Source: Clostridia bacterium (GTDB lineage Bacteria > Bacillota > Clostridia > Oscillospirales > CAG-272). Taken from it: DNA of 64,000 nucleotides. Location of the stretch: NCBI GenBank assembly GCA_017483305.1, contig JAFULC010000061.1:200-64199 (forward strand), written 5' to 3'. This document shows, piece after piece, positions 54,953-64,000 of the stretch. Each line of letters starts with the position of its first letter. The first letter of the stretch is position 1. The notes below the pieces were generated by a model. It saw only the letters and a list, made by a program, of their open reading frames with translations. It had not been told where the DNA came from and did no database searches. The translations under genes were made by a program, and so were the position numbers.

Positions 54953-56194
54953 TCAAATGGTGGTGAAAACAGGGAGACCGTCCTTGTACTCGGGGTAGCA
55001 CTCGCCCTTGACGAGAGGGAGGATATAGGCAAGGCAATCGTCGGTGACGTGGTTACCGCGCTCATTGATAAAGTGCTTGGGCACGAATTTGGTCTTGTTT
55101 GCGATCAGGTCGATGTCCATGTGACCGTAGACCGACGAATAGGGCTCACCCGGCTCGTTGTCGCGGAGAATGACCATCATCTCGCGGCTTACTCCCTGCA
55201 CCGCCGCGCTGACTGCGGCAGAGCCTACGCCGAACGACTCCTCGATATCGCACTTGGAGGCGATATGAGCCGCGCATCTCTGGGGGAGGTTAAGCTCGAT
55301 CGAGCGCACCTTGCAGCCGAGTCGGTCCTTGATAGCGAGCTCGAGCGCCTTGCCCGTGCCCGAAAGATATTTATGACCGAACGCGTCGACCGCGCCGCTC
55401 TGTGTTGACTCACCGACAAAGGTGCCGTCCGCCAGACGAAGTCCCTCGGATACCGCAACTACGATATTAGGCTTTTTCTCAAGCGCGGCGGAGAGATCCT
55501 CGAAAAACTCCTCCATATCGAAGATTCTTTCGGGAAGGTAAACGAGATCGGGCGAGGGCATACCGAGAATTCGTCCAAGCTCACTCGAGGCGGTGAGCCA
55601 GCCCGCGTCACGTCCCATGATCTCAACCACCGTGACCGCCTTGACGGTGTATACGGCGGTGTCGCGCATAATTTCCTGCATCGTGACCGAAATATACTTT
55701 GCCGCAGAGCCGAAGCCGGGGGTGTGGTCGGTTCCGAGCAGGTCGTTGTCGATGGTCTTGGGCACGCCGATGACTCTGACATCGTAGCCGCACTCGGTGG
55801 TGTACTTCGAGAGCTTTGCTACGGTGTCCATCGAATCGTTGCCGCCTATATAGAAGAAATATCTGATGTCGTACTTTTTGAATATCTCAATAATGCGCTC
55901 GAAGGTCGCCTTGTAGTCCTTGTCCTCTTCCTTGGGAAGCTTTTTGCGGCAAGAGCCGAGAGCCGCCGCAGGCGTGCGCTTCAATCGCTCGAAGTCTGCT
56001 CTTTCGGTGAAGAGCTCGTTGAGGAGAACTACTCTGTCGGCAAGCAGACCGTCGATTCCGTTTCTCATTCCGTAGACCTTATCGATACAATCCGCATTCA
56101 TCGCGCCGCTGATAACTCCCGCGAGCGTGGCGTTGATTGCCGTCGTCGGTCCGCCCGACTGACCTACTATCGCATTTCCGTGTAAAATTTCCAT
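54953..56194 (-). CDS. pfkA: 6-phosphofructokinase (long, PPi/ATP-type PfkA family)
   Basis: GQSGGPT..IN, IGGNDSMDT, PKTIDNDL, EIMGRDAGWL, DAFGH, QRCAAH. Confidence 0.9.
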   Translation of the reverse strand: MEILHGNAIVGQSGGPTTAINATLAGVISGAMNADCIDKVYGMRNGIDGLLADRVVLLNELFTERADFERLKRTPAAALGSCRKKLPKEEDKDYKATFERIIEIFKKYDIRYFFYIGGNDSMDTVAKLSKYTTECGYDVRVIGVPKTIDNDLLGTDHTPGFGSAAKYISVTMQEIMRDTAVYTVKAVTVVEIMGRDAGWLTASSELGRILGMPSPDLVYLPERIFDMEEFFEDLSAALEKKPNIVVAVSEGLRLADGTFVGESTQSGAVDAFGHKYLSGTGKALELAIKDRLGCKVRSIELNLPQRCAAHIASKCDIEESFGVGSAAVSAAVQGVSREMMVILRDNEPGEPYSSVYGHMDIDLIANKTKFVPKHFINERGNHVTDDCLAYILPLVKGECYPEYKDGLPVFTTI

Positions 56195-56212
56195 AATTTG
56201 AACTCCTATATC

Positions 56213-56689
56213 TTAAGTTTTGTTTTTATTATCTCTCAAAATTCTGTTGAGCATCGCGTTTATCGGTCTTGATATCGCAGTCACGGCGATTATGCCGAGC
56301 GCAAGTCCCGATGCCACGAGCAACGCCTCCTTGCCGTGCTTCGCGAACATCTCCATATCCGAGCTGACCGCTCCAAGCATCGTATAATAAAGCTTTCCTC
56401 CCGGAACGAGAATAATAATTCCCGGGATTATCATAACCGTAACCGGCGTTTTGATCACGCGCGCCATAACGTACGAATACAGCGTGGTGACGCTCGATCC
56501 GAGGATCGATGCGACGAACAGACCGCCGCCAAGCGCCATAGCCGTGTCATAGGTCACACAGCACAAAAACGACGCGAGCATTACCCATCCGATCGACCTT
56601 TTCTCAACGCCAAAGGTAAAAGCAACTCCAAGCGTACCGATCATCGCCGCGGTCATCATCAGAATTCCGTTTAAAATCTGTTCGTTCAT
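56213..56689 (-). CDS. Threonine/serine exporter family, small subunit (ThrE_2)
   Basis: KTPVTVMIIPGIIILVPGGKLY and a hydrophobic profile. Confidence 0.85.
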   Translation of the reverse strand: MNEQILNGILMMTAAMIGTLGVAFTFGVEKRSIGWVMLASFLCCVTYDTAMALGGGLFVASILGSSVTTLYSYVMARVIKTPVTVMIIPGIIILVPGGKLYYTMLGAVSSDMEMFAKHGKEALLVASGLALGIIAVTAISRPINAMLNRILRDNKNKT

Positions 56690-57513
56690 ACCGCGCCTCC
56701 GAATATAAGTATTGCAACCGCATATCCGCAGGCGATCGCGACCGCATCAAGCAGTGCGGTGCAGAGTCGGAAAAGTCCCGACATTATGTCTCCGCCGAAA
56801 AGGTCGCGCAGAGAGTTGGTCAGCACCACGCCGGGCACGACGTTCATTATGTCGCCTATAATTATCATATTTACATTGCAGACAATGCCTGTCCGACCGA
56901 TCAGAAGCGCACCGACTCCGCCCATGAAGCAGACGATGAACTTAGCCACGATGGCGTTCATATTTGACCGACTCAGAAGCTTGAGCACCAGCCACATTGG
57001 GATCGCTATCAGTGCCGAAAGTGCGCCGTCAAGCAGACTGCCGCCGAAATACCAGGCAAAGCCGAATGAGATCAGAGCCGCACCGAGAAGCTTCATGATA
57101 ACGCTTATGCTGCTGCTTTTCTCCGCCTCGTCAAGCAGAGCGAGAAATTCTTCCTTGATCGGCTTCGTCGCGCAGATGCGCCTTGAGAGCGCGTTGAGCT
57201 TGGCAAGTCTGCCGAGATTGTTACCGCCGACGTCGGAAACGCGGCGGAACGAGGTCAGATCTCCGTTTCCGAAGTCTGCCGTAAGTATTATCATCGAAAG
57301 TATCGCGTCGACGTCGACGGTATGCGCGCCGTATGCCGTGCAGATTCGTCTGATGGTCTCCTCTGCTCTGTGCACCTCGCCGCCGCAGGTCAAAATGCGC
57401 TTTCCCATCTCCATCGCGATGAACACCGCGTCCTCGCTTGAGATCGCCGCGGGCACTCCTTCGCTTTCTGTCTCGGGCTCTGTAACAGGCTCGAGAGTAA
57501 CGTTATTTTCCAT
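56686..57513 (-). CDS. Threonine/serine exporter family (ThrE)
   Basis: GGEVHRAEETIRR, LNALSRRI, VPGVVLTNSLRDL..GD..SG. Confidence 0.88.
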   Translation of the reverse strand: MENNVTLEPVTEPETESEGVPAAISSEDAVFIAMEMGKRILTCGGEVHRAEETIRRICTAYGAHTVDVDAILSMIILTADFGNGDLTSFRRVSDVGGNNLGRLAKLNALSRRICATKPIKEEFLALLDEAEKSSSISVIMKLLGAALISFGFAWYFGGSLLDGALSALIAIPMWLVLKLLSRSNMNAIVAKFIVCFMGGVGALLIGRTGIVCNVNMIIIGDIMNVVPGVVLTNSLRDLFGGDIMSGLFRLCTALLDAVAIACGYAVAILIFGGAV

Positions 57514-57529
57514 AGCTTAAGCTCTTTTG

Positions 57530-58399
57530 TCAGTTATTTTCTTCGGTCTCGGGTCTTTCGCAGCGCACGGTATAGGTTGAAACGTCGGTATATACCTCGC
57601 CGTCTATCTGAAGGTCGCGCGGCTCGTCGAACTCGACTGTAACCTCATAGCCCTCAAAAATATCGACCATCTCGGTGTGCTTGACGTGATTTCCCTTGAA
57701 TACCTTGAGGAAGACCGCAAGAGTCTTGGGCTTCGAGCCGCCGTGCATAGCCATTACGCTGACCCTGCCGCTCTCTCTGTCCTGACCCGGCGCGATCATC
57801 ATGCCGCCGCCGAAATATCTTCCCTTCATGGTTGAGATCGCCCAAAGATCCTTGTATTCGTGAGTTACGCCGTCCACGGTCACTCTGCCCGTGGGGCGCT
57901 TGTACTTGCGAAGCAGCTGATCGAGCGCGATCGTGGTGTAATTCGCCTTCTTTTTGTTGGTCTTTGCCTTGAATTCCTCAACTCCGCGACAGACCGAGCC
58001 GTCGACTCCAAGTCCGACGCCGTTGAGACAGCGTCTCTTATCGCCCTTGATCTCGACCTCGGGCAGATTTTGGAGATATTTGCGGATGTCGGTGAGGTTT
58101 TCGTTGCCCTGCTGACCGATGTCGGTCAAAAAATCGTTGCCCGTGCCCGAGCGGAGCGCGCAGACCGTGCAAGGAAATTCAAGTCCGTAGGCGTTGTTGG
58201 CAAAGTGATGGAGCGTGCCGTCGCCGCCGCAGAGCAGAACTCTGTCGCTTGACGACAGACTCGCGCAGAACTCGGGCACGTCAAGTCCGATAAGGCTGAC
58301 CTTCTTCACGCCTCTTTTCTCAAGCTCCTCTGCACCGGGGATTATATTGAGATCGTTATTTTCGTTGTTTGCTTTGGGATTGTACAAAATGTAATTCAT
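57530..58399 (-). CDS. Diacylglycerol/lipid kinase family protein
   Basis: YNPKA, GGDGTL, GTGNDF, G.GVDG, YFGGGM, QIDGE. Confidence 0.88.
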   Translation of the reverse strand: MNYILYNPKANNENNDLNIIPGAEELEKRGVKKVSLIGLDVPEFCASLSSSDRVLLCGGDGTLHHFANNAYGLEFPCTVCALRSGTGNDFLTDIGQQGNENLTDIRKYLQNLPEVEIKGDKRRCLNGVGLGVDGSVCRGVEEFKAKTNKKKANYTTIALDQLLRKYKRPTGRVTVDGVTHEYKDLWAISTMKGRYFGGGMMIAPGQDRESGRVSVMAMHGGSKPKTLAVFLKVFKGNHVKHTEMVDIFEGYEVTVEFDEPRDLQIDGEVYTDVSTYTVRCERPETEENN

Positions 58400-58424
58400 C
58401 GCGCACCTTTTATTATGTTTCGTT

Positions 58425-59156
58425 TTATTTTTCCTGCTTTGGCTTTGTTCTTCTGCTCTTTGCCGCCTTCAGCTCGTCGAGTGATCTTGAAAGCGCCTCG
58501 AGCTTCTCCTCAAGCCTCGCTATCTCCTGCGAGACGGGGTCGGGGATGTGTATCTGGTCGAGATCGTCCACCCGTCTGCCTGCCTGTCTTACGACCTTGG
58601 CGGGAATTCCGACTGCGGTGCTGTTGCTTGAAATGTCCTTCAGTACTACGGCGTTTGCCGCGACCTTACTGTTGTCCTCGATCCTTATCGGTCCGAGCAC
58701 CTTCGCGCCCGCGCCGACGAGAACGTTGTTTCCGAGTGTGGGATGTCGCTTGCCGAGGTCCTTACCCGTACCGCCAAGCGTAACGCCCTGATAGAGCGTG
58801 CAGTTATCGCCGATCTCGGCTGTCTCGCCGATGACGACGCCCATGCCGTGATCTATCACAAGCCCCTTTCCGATAGTCGCGCCCGGATGGATCTCTATGC
58901 CCGTAAAGAACTTTGCCGTCTGACTCAGCGCGCGCGCCGAGAAGGTGTGACCGCTCAGATAAAGCTTGTGCGAGACTCGGTACGCAAGAAGCGCGTGAAG
59001 TCCCGAATAAAGCAGGACTATCTCTACGTCACTCTTCGCTGCGGGGTCTCTTTGTCTGATCGCGGCAACGTCGCTTTTTATCTCCTTTTTTACGGCGAGC
59101 AGGGCTTTACCGACTCGGGTGCTTGCCGCCGCCTTCAAAAATTCGTTGTAGGTCAT
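58425..59156 (-). CDS. cysE: Serine O-acetyltransferase
   Basis: RDPAA, TGIEIHPGATIG, IDHGMGVVIGET, KRHPTLG, hexapeptide repeats. Confidence 0.95.
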   Translation of the reverse strand: MTYNEFLKAAASTRVGKALLAVKKEIKSDVAAIRQRDPAAKSDVEIVLLYSGLHALLAYRVSHKLYLSGHTFSARALSQTAKFFTGIEIHPGATIGKGLVIDHGMGVVIGETAEIGDNCTLYQGVTLGGTGKDLGKRHPTLGNNVLVGAGAKVLGPIRIEDNSKVAANAVVLKDISSNSTAVGIPAKVVRQAGRRVDDLDQIHIPDPVSQEIARLEEKLEALSRSLDELKAAKSRRTKPKQEK

Positions 59157-59431
59157 TGGATACCTCCGTGACTACCAAACAATAATTCATTATAATTATA
59201 TCACACCCCCGCCCTTCCGTCAACAGAATTTTTCAAAATCATAGTGACTTTTTTCGGTTTATTCGTGCCTCACAGGGTTTTGCTGATATGAAAATCCCCG
59301 ACAGGATCTCTGTCGGGGATGCTTTGTTATTTGAAATGGTTTGTGCTAGCACAGGCTTGCTTTTCAAAGGCTCCCTTTACACAAGGGAGGCTTTCTGCTT
59401 TCAAATCGCTCTTTTCAAATCGCTCGTCCTA

Positions 59432-60754
59432 TCAATAATCAAAATTAATGCCAATATCTCTGATCGATCTTGCCTTGGCGAGATTTTCCTCGTTGACGGT
59501 CATTCCCTCCATGATCTCCGCGATCCTCAGATCAAAGAGATCTCCGATGATATGCGCGTCGAGAGAGGCAAACCAGCTCTTATAATCCTTGTCGGTGTAC
59601 TTGCCCGTCTCAAGACCGTACTTCATTATAACGTGATAGCCCGCGTCGCTCTCGTAGTATCCGATCTCACCGACCTCCATCTCCTCAAGCATCTCAAGAA
59701 TATCCGAAAGATACCCGACGTCGCCCGTGTATCCCGCGCTTTCGATCTCGCTCAGATAATATCCGTCGGCAAACTCGTTGACCTCGCCAACAACCAGCTT
59801 ATTTTCCTCTATCTTCGCCTCAAACGCCGCGAAATTGCCCTCCGCCGCGCTCTCGGCAAGCTCCTTGGCGAGCTGCTTTTGTGCCTCTATCTCCTCGGCG
59901 GTGTATTCGTACTGGATCGGGTTGCCCCTGTCGTCTAGCTCCACCGACGGCATTCCCTTTTCGGTATCGTAGAGCACGTTGCCCTCGGCGTCGAAATAGA
60001 TCGGCTGGCCAAAGGAATCCTTGATGCGCGATCCGCTTTCATCGTAAGCGAAGCTGCCGTTTTCGGTGTCGTAGATCGGGTAGCCCGTCTCCTTGTCGAA
60101 ATAGATCATATTTCCGTAGTCGTCGTGCTGATACTTGTAGTAGAACTTCGCAAAGAGCACCTGCTTGAAGCAATAGTAATTTTTCTGGAAATATTCCTCT
60201 CTTACCGAGTCGGCTATAAGCTCACCGCCGCCGTAAAGAGCGTTGATAAGATACTCGTACTTCTTCTCGATGATATAGCACTGCTTCAGGGCATCGGCGT
60301 TGACTCCGTAAGCCTCGATCAGCTCGTTGAAGGCGTTTTTCTCTCCGTCGCCGTCGTAATCGATATAGAACGCGATCTCCTCGTCGATCGATGCAAGCAC
60401 CGACTTCGGCAGAGTGTATCCGAGCTCGTCAAAGAGCACGGCAGCGGCAAAATACTTCTTGCAGCTCTCAAAGATCGACTTATTATAGTATTCCTCGTAG
60501 GTCTCGCCGCTCTCCTCGACCTTGGTAGACCAGAACGAGCTTTCCTTTACGGGATATTTATTTCTTGCAAGCTCACCCTTCATTCTCGAGAGCATAAACT
60601 CATAGAAATACAGGGGCATTTTTTCTTCACCGCACTCGAGTATGGGGTCTGGCACGGGCGGCTCCTTGGCGCAGGACGCGCAGAGCGCGAGCAGTGCGCA
60701 GAGCGCAACGGTAAGCGCAAGAGCCTTTTTCAGAAGCTTAAAATTTATCTTCAT
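59432..60754 (-). CDS. Lipoprotein, PrsA/SurA-like foldase candidate (paralog 2)
   Basis: Lipobox CASC, YEFMLSRMKG, C-terminal parvulin-like ESDAGYHVI. Confidence 0.7.
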   Translation of the reverse strand: MKINFKLLKKALALTVALCALLALCASCAKEPPVPDPILECGEEKMPLYFYEFMLSRMKGELARNKYPVKESSFWSTKVEESGETYEEYYNKSIFESCKKYFAAAVLFDELGYTLPKSVLASIDEEIAFYIDYDGDGEKNAFNELIEAYGVNADALKQCYIIEKKYEYLINALYGGGELIADSVREEYFQKNYYCFKQVLFAKFYYKYQHDDYGNMIYFDKETGYPIYDTENGSFAYDESGSRIKDSFGQPIYFDAEGNVLYDTEKGMPSVELDDRGNPIQYEYTAEEIEAQKQLAKELAESAAEGNFAAFEAKIEENKLVVGEVNEFADGYYLSEIESAGYTGDVGYLSDILEMLEEMEVGEIGYYESDAGYHVIMKYGLETGKYTDKDYKSWFASLDAHIIGDLFDLRIAEIMEGMTVNEENLAKARSIRDIGINFDY

Positions 60755-60781
60755 CGGTTTTTCCTTTGCAGTTAGTAGTTA

Positions 60782-62074
60782 TCAGTAGCGGGTGTTCGTG
60801 CCGATCTCGGACATCTTGCGAGCCGACTCAAAGACCTCGGTCACAAGCGTGACCTGCGACTCGTATTTCGCGCACTCGGCATCGAAAAGATCTGCGATCA
60901 GCTCCTCCATAAAGCCCTCGAAGACCTCCTTCTGATCCTCGTCCTCGTAGGCGCGCTCGGGCATTTCGTACTTACAGATCACGTGGTAGCCGTAGTCGGA
61001 TTCGATGACTCTGCACTCTCCGACCTCCATCTTGCCAAGCGCCTCTGTAACCTCGTCAAGATAAGCGTACGCCTCGCTCTGAAGTCCGTAGTAGTTGGGC
61101 TGAGAGTAGAGATACAACGCCTCTCCCTTGCCGCTCATCTCGTCGTAGATGCTCGCGTGCTCAAGGAAGCTGTCGATGTCTCCGTCACACGCCTCGGCGT
61201 ATGCGTGAGCCTTATCGTAAAGCTCGCCAAGCGTCTTGTCGTCGTAATTTTCGGTGACGTAATTGCCCTTGTCGTCGTAGAGGTAGCCGAGCTTTCCGTT
61301 CTTTTTGTCGTAAGCGATCCTGCCGTCCTCGGTGAAATACTCGTCGTTGCCGAAGATATCCTTGATCGTAAGCCCGTACTCGTCGGTCTGTGTTTTGCCG
61401 ACCGATTTATCGTACGCGATCTCCTTGTGCTTATCGTCGGTGTAATAGACGTGATCGCCAAAGCGGTCGGTATCTATGAGATAGTAGTAGGACGCGAGGT
61501 AGATCTGACCGAATGCGACGTAGTTCTCCTCGAGATGCTTCTGCCTCTCCGCTTCGCTGATAAGCTCGCCCTTCTCGCCGTAAAGATGATCCTTGAGCAT
61601 ATCGATCTTGGTCTCAAGCAGGTAAAGCTCGCGTAAAATATCGTAGTTCGCGCCGTAGCCGCGAAGCTCGGAGTTGAGGGCGGTCTTTGATCCCGCGCGC
61701 TCGACCATAAGGTCCATAAGATCGTCTACAAGCTTTTCTCGCTCGTCGGTCAGAACCAGACCGAGACGGTCGAAAAGATAGTCTGCGATGATGTATCGGC
61801 TCGCCTGCTCCATCACGCTGGTGCGGAAATAATCGTCGTAGGTCGTGCCGTCGGGCGAGATGACCGTCTTCCAGAAATTCTCCGAGCCGACCTCGTATCC
61901 GTAGCCCGCAAGCGTGCCCTTCATTCGTGAGAGCATCAGCTCGTAGGTGTTGACCGTCAGGCTCTTGTCGGCGAAGGTCATCATTGTCTCGCCTCTGCCC
62001 GCGCAGGAGCAAAGCAGAGCTCCAATCATACAAAAGCAGAGCAAGAGGGCGATAAATTTAATCGTTTTTTTCAT
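60782..62074 (-). CDS. Lipoprotein, PrsA/SurA-like foldase candidate (paralog 1)
   Basis: Lipobox LCSC, YELMLSRMKG, C-terminal ESDYGYHVI. Confidence 0.7.
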   Translation of the reverse strand: MKKTIKFIALLLCFCMIGALLCSCAGRGETMMTFADKSLTVNTYELMLSRMKGTLAGYGYEVGSENFWKTVISPDGTTYDDYFRTSVMEQASRYIIADYLFDRLGLVLTDEREKLVDDLMDLMVERAGSKTALNSELRGYGANYDILRELYLLETKIDMLKDHLYGEKGELISEAERQKHLEENYVAFGQIYLASYYYLIDTDRFGDHVYYTDDKHKEIAYDKSVGKTQTDEYGLTIKDIFGNDEYFTEDGRIAYDKKNGKLGYLYDDKGNYVTENYDDKTLGELYDKAHAYAEACDGDIDSFLEHASIYDEMSGKGEALYLYSQPNYYGLQSEAYAYLDEVTEALGKMEVGECRVIESDYGYHVICKYEMPERAYEDEDQKEVFEGFMEELIADLFDAECAKYESQVTLVTEVFESARKMSEIGTNTRY

Positions 62075-62173
62075 TAATTTTGTCCTTTTTGAGAAATTTC
62101 AAGCAAAAATGAGTTTTTCGGGGGGATATTTCGGCGTTTTTTCGCCAAATATCCGTATCTTAACAATTATACA

Positions 62174-64000
62174 TCATAATTGTTCGGAATTTTTATCCTC
62201 ATTTTGTACAGTTTCAAGATATTTTTCAAACATTTTGTTAACTATGGTGAGCGAATTCTCGCCGTTCTTGAGGCGGAGTGTGACGAAGCTCTCGCCAACC
62301 GAGCCCATCATCACGCGTATCCTGCCGCCCATAATGAACGACATCTCCTGCCACAAGGGGATATCAAGCTCGCCCTGATAGAAGCGGACCTCGCCCTGAA
62401 GCTCGGTGACCTGACGGATGCCAAGCTCACTCGCCTGCGCACGCAGCAGTGCGACCTGCAAGAGATTTTCAACCGGGCGCGGCAGCTCTCCGAAGCGGTC
62501 GAGCAGCTCGTCGGCTATATCGTCGGCGTCGTACTGATTGCGTATGAGCGCTATGCGCTTATAAAGAGTCATTCTCTGCCCCGGGTAGCGAACGTAGGTA
62601 TCGGGAATGAACGCATCGTGCTCGATGCTGACCGTACAGTCCTCTCGCTCCTTTGGCTTTTCTCCCTTTTCCTCAAGCACCGCGTCGTTGAGGAGCTTGA
62701 TATAAAGGTCGTATCCGATCGCCTCAAGGTGACCGTGCTGCTCCGCTCCGAGAATGTTACCCGCTCCGCGAATCTCCATATCGCGCAAGGCAATTCTGAA
62801 GCCTGCGCCAAACTCGGCATACTCCTTTATCGCCTCGAGTCGCTTCTGCGCGATCTCACTGAGCCCCTTGTTTTTCGGGTAGGTGAAGTAGGCGTAGGCG
62901 CGGCGCGACGAGCGTCCGACACGGCCTCTGAGCTGATGGAGCTGGGAGAGTCCGAGTCGGTCGGCACGGTCGGCTATGAGCGTATTCGCGTTCGGGATAT
63001 CGATTCCCGTTTCGATTATCGTGGTGCTGACCAGCACGTCGATCTCGCCTGCGAGCATTCGGCTCCAGATATCCTCAAGCTCGTCCTTGTCCATCTTTCC
63101 GTGCGCCACCGTGACTCTCGCCTCGGGGATCTCCTTTGAGATATGCGCGGCTATATTATCGATCGACTCGACGAAATTATGGATATAAAAGACCTGTCCG
63201 CCGCGGCGAAGCTCACGCCTGATCGCCTCGAAGATTATAAGGTCGTCGTATTCAAGAACGTAGGTCTGCACGGGGAGTCGGTCGTCGGGTGCTTCGTCGA
63301 GAAGTGAGATATCGCGGATTCCTCCCATCGCCATATTGAGCGTTCTCGGGATCGGCGTTGCCGAGAGCGTCAGCACGTCGACGTTGCCGCCGAGCTGCTT
63401 GAGCTTCTCCTTTTGCGCCACGCCAAATCTCTGCTCCTCGTCGACGATCAGCAGACCAAGATCGTGGAATTTTACGTCCTTTCCGAGCAGCTTATGAGTT
63501 CCTATTATTATATCGGTATCTCCGCGCTCAAGTCGGCGAAGCGATTGCTCGATCTGCTTGGGTGTACGGAAGCGCGAGATCATATCTATATTGACCGCGA
63601 AATTTCTCATTCGGCTCTGCGCGGTCTGAAAATGCTGGAGCGCGAGAATCGTGGTGGGCACAAGTATCGCGACCTGCTTGCCCGAGAGCACAGCCTTATA
63701 CGCCGCGCGGAACGCGACCTCGGTCTTGCCAAATCCTACGTCGCCGCAAAGGAGTCGGTCCATCGGTGTGCTCCTCATCATATCCTGCTTGACCTCGGCG
63801 ATCGCATCGAGCTGGCAGTCGGTCTCGTCGTAGTCAAACGACTCCTCAAAGCTTCTTTGCATATCGTCGTCGGGGTCGAAGGCGTAGCCCGGGCGTCTCA
63901 TTCGCTCGGCGTAGAGCTTGATGAGATCCTTCGCCATCTCCTGCACCGCGCTCTTGGCTCTGCTCTTGGTCTTTTTCCATTGCTCGCCGCCCATTTTCGA
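62174..64000 (-). CDS. mfd: Transcription-repair coupling factor Mfd (N-terminus outside the window)
   Basis: DRLLCGDVGFGKTEVA, DEEQRFG, SATPIPRT, QLRGRVGR, RGAGNILG, TRCF domain. Confidence 0.97.
   Translation of the reverse strand, partial: SKMGGEQWKKTKSRAKSAVQEMAKDLIKLYAERMRRPGYAFDPDDDMQRSFEESFDYDETDCQLDAIAEVKQDMMRSTPMDRLLCGDVGFGKTEVAFRAAYKAVLSGKQVAILVPTTILALQHFQTAQSRMRNFAVNIDMISRFRTPKQIEQSLRRLERGDTDIIIGTHKLLGKDVKFHDLGLLIVDEEQRFGVAQKEKLKQLGGNVDVLTLSATPIPRTLNMAMGGIRDISLLDEAPDDRLPVQTYVLEYDDLIIFEAIRRELRRGGQVFYIHNFVESIDNIAAHISKEIPEARVTVAHGKMDKDELEDIWSRMLAGEIDVLVSTTIIETGIDIPNANTLIADRADRLGLSQLHQLRGRVGRSSRRAYAYFTYPKNKGLSEIAQKRLEAIKEYAEFGAGFRIALRDMEIRGAGNILGAEQHGHLEAIGYDLYIKLLNDAVLEEKGEKPKEREDCTVSIEHDAFIPDTYVRYPGQRMTLYKRIALIRNQYDADDIADELLDRFGELPRPVENLLQVALLRAQASELGIRQVTELQGEVRFYQGELDIPLWQEMSFIMGGRIRVMMGSVGESFVTLRLKNGENSLTIVNKMFEKYLETVQNEDKNSEQL

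Overview
A 64-kb chromosomal window from a spore-forming Firmicute, most likely a Clostridia lineage (sigG, SpoVAF/GerA-like gene, sigma-A-type promoters). Most of it is housekeeping: an amino-acid ABC transporter, ylxM-ffh-rpsP-khpA, radC, ftsZ, sigG, the dcw cluster (mraZ to ftsQ), nrdR, pdxK, a two-component system, blaI/blaR1-like genes, hisS, plsY, a pepP-like peptidase, nfo, yqeG, pfk, a thrE pair, cysE, mfd and four tRNAs. The outstanding feature is a compact, apparently intact head-and-packaging-only phage module at 7329-15520. It carries TerS, TerL, portal, its own Prp protease, a scaffold-like protein, an N4-gp56-type major capsid protein and a divergent CI/LexA-like repressor. I saw no integrase, att site, replication, tail or lysis genes. 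It has a consensus sigma-A promoter containing an SOS-box-like site. A lone phage head-completion/adaptor-like gene sits about 39 kb beyond the module (54316-54645) among housekeeping genes. Together these suggest a domesticated, genomically dispersed, gene-transfer-agent-like (GTA-like) system; this is inference. Other oddities are a rearranged dcw/sporulation locus, duplicated tRNA ends with repeat units, and several REP/MITE-like element families. All family assignments come from motif recognition by eye; no database search was run.
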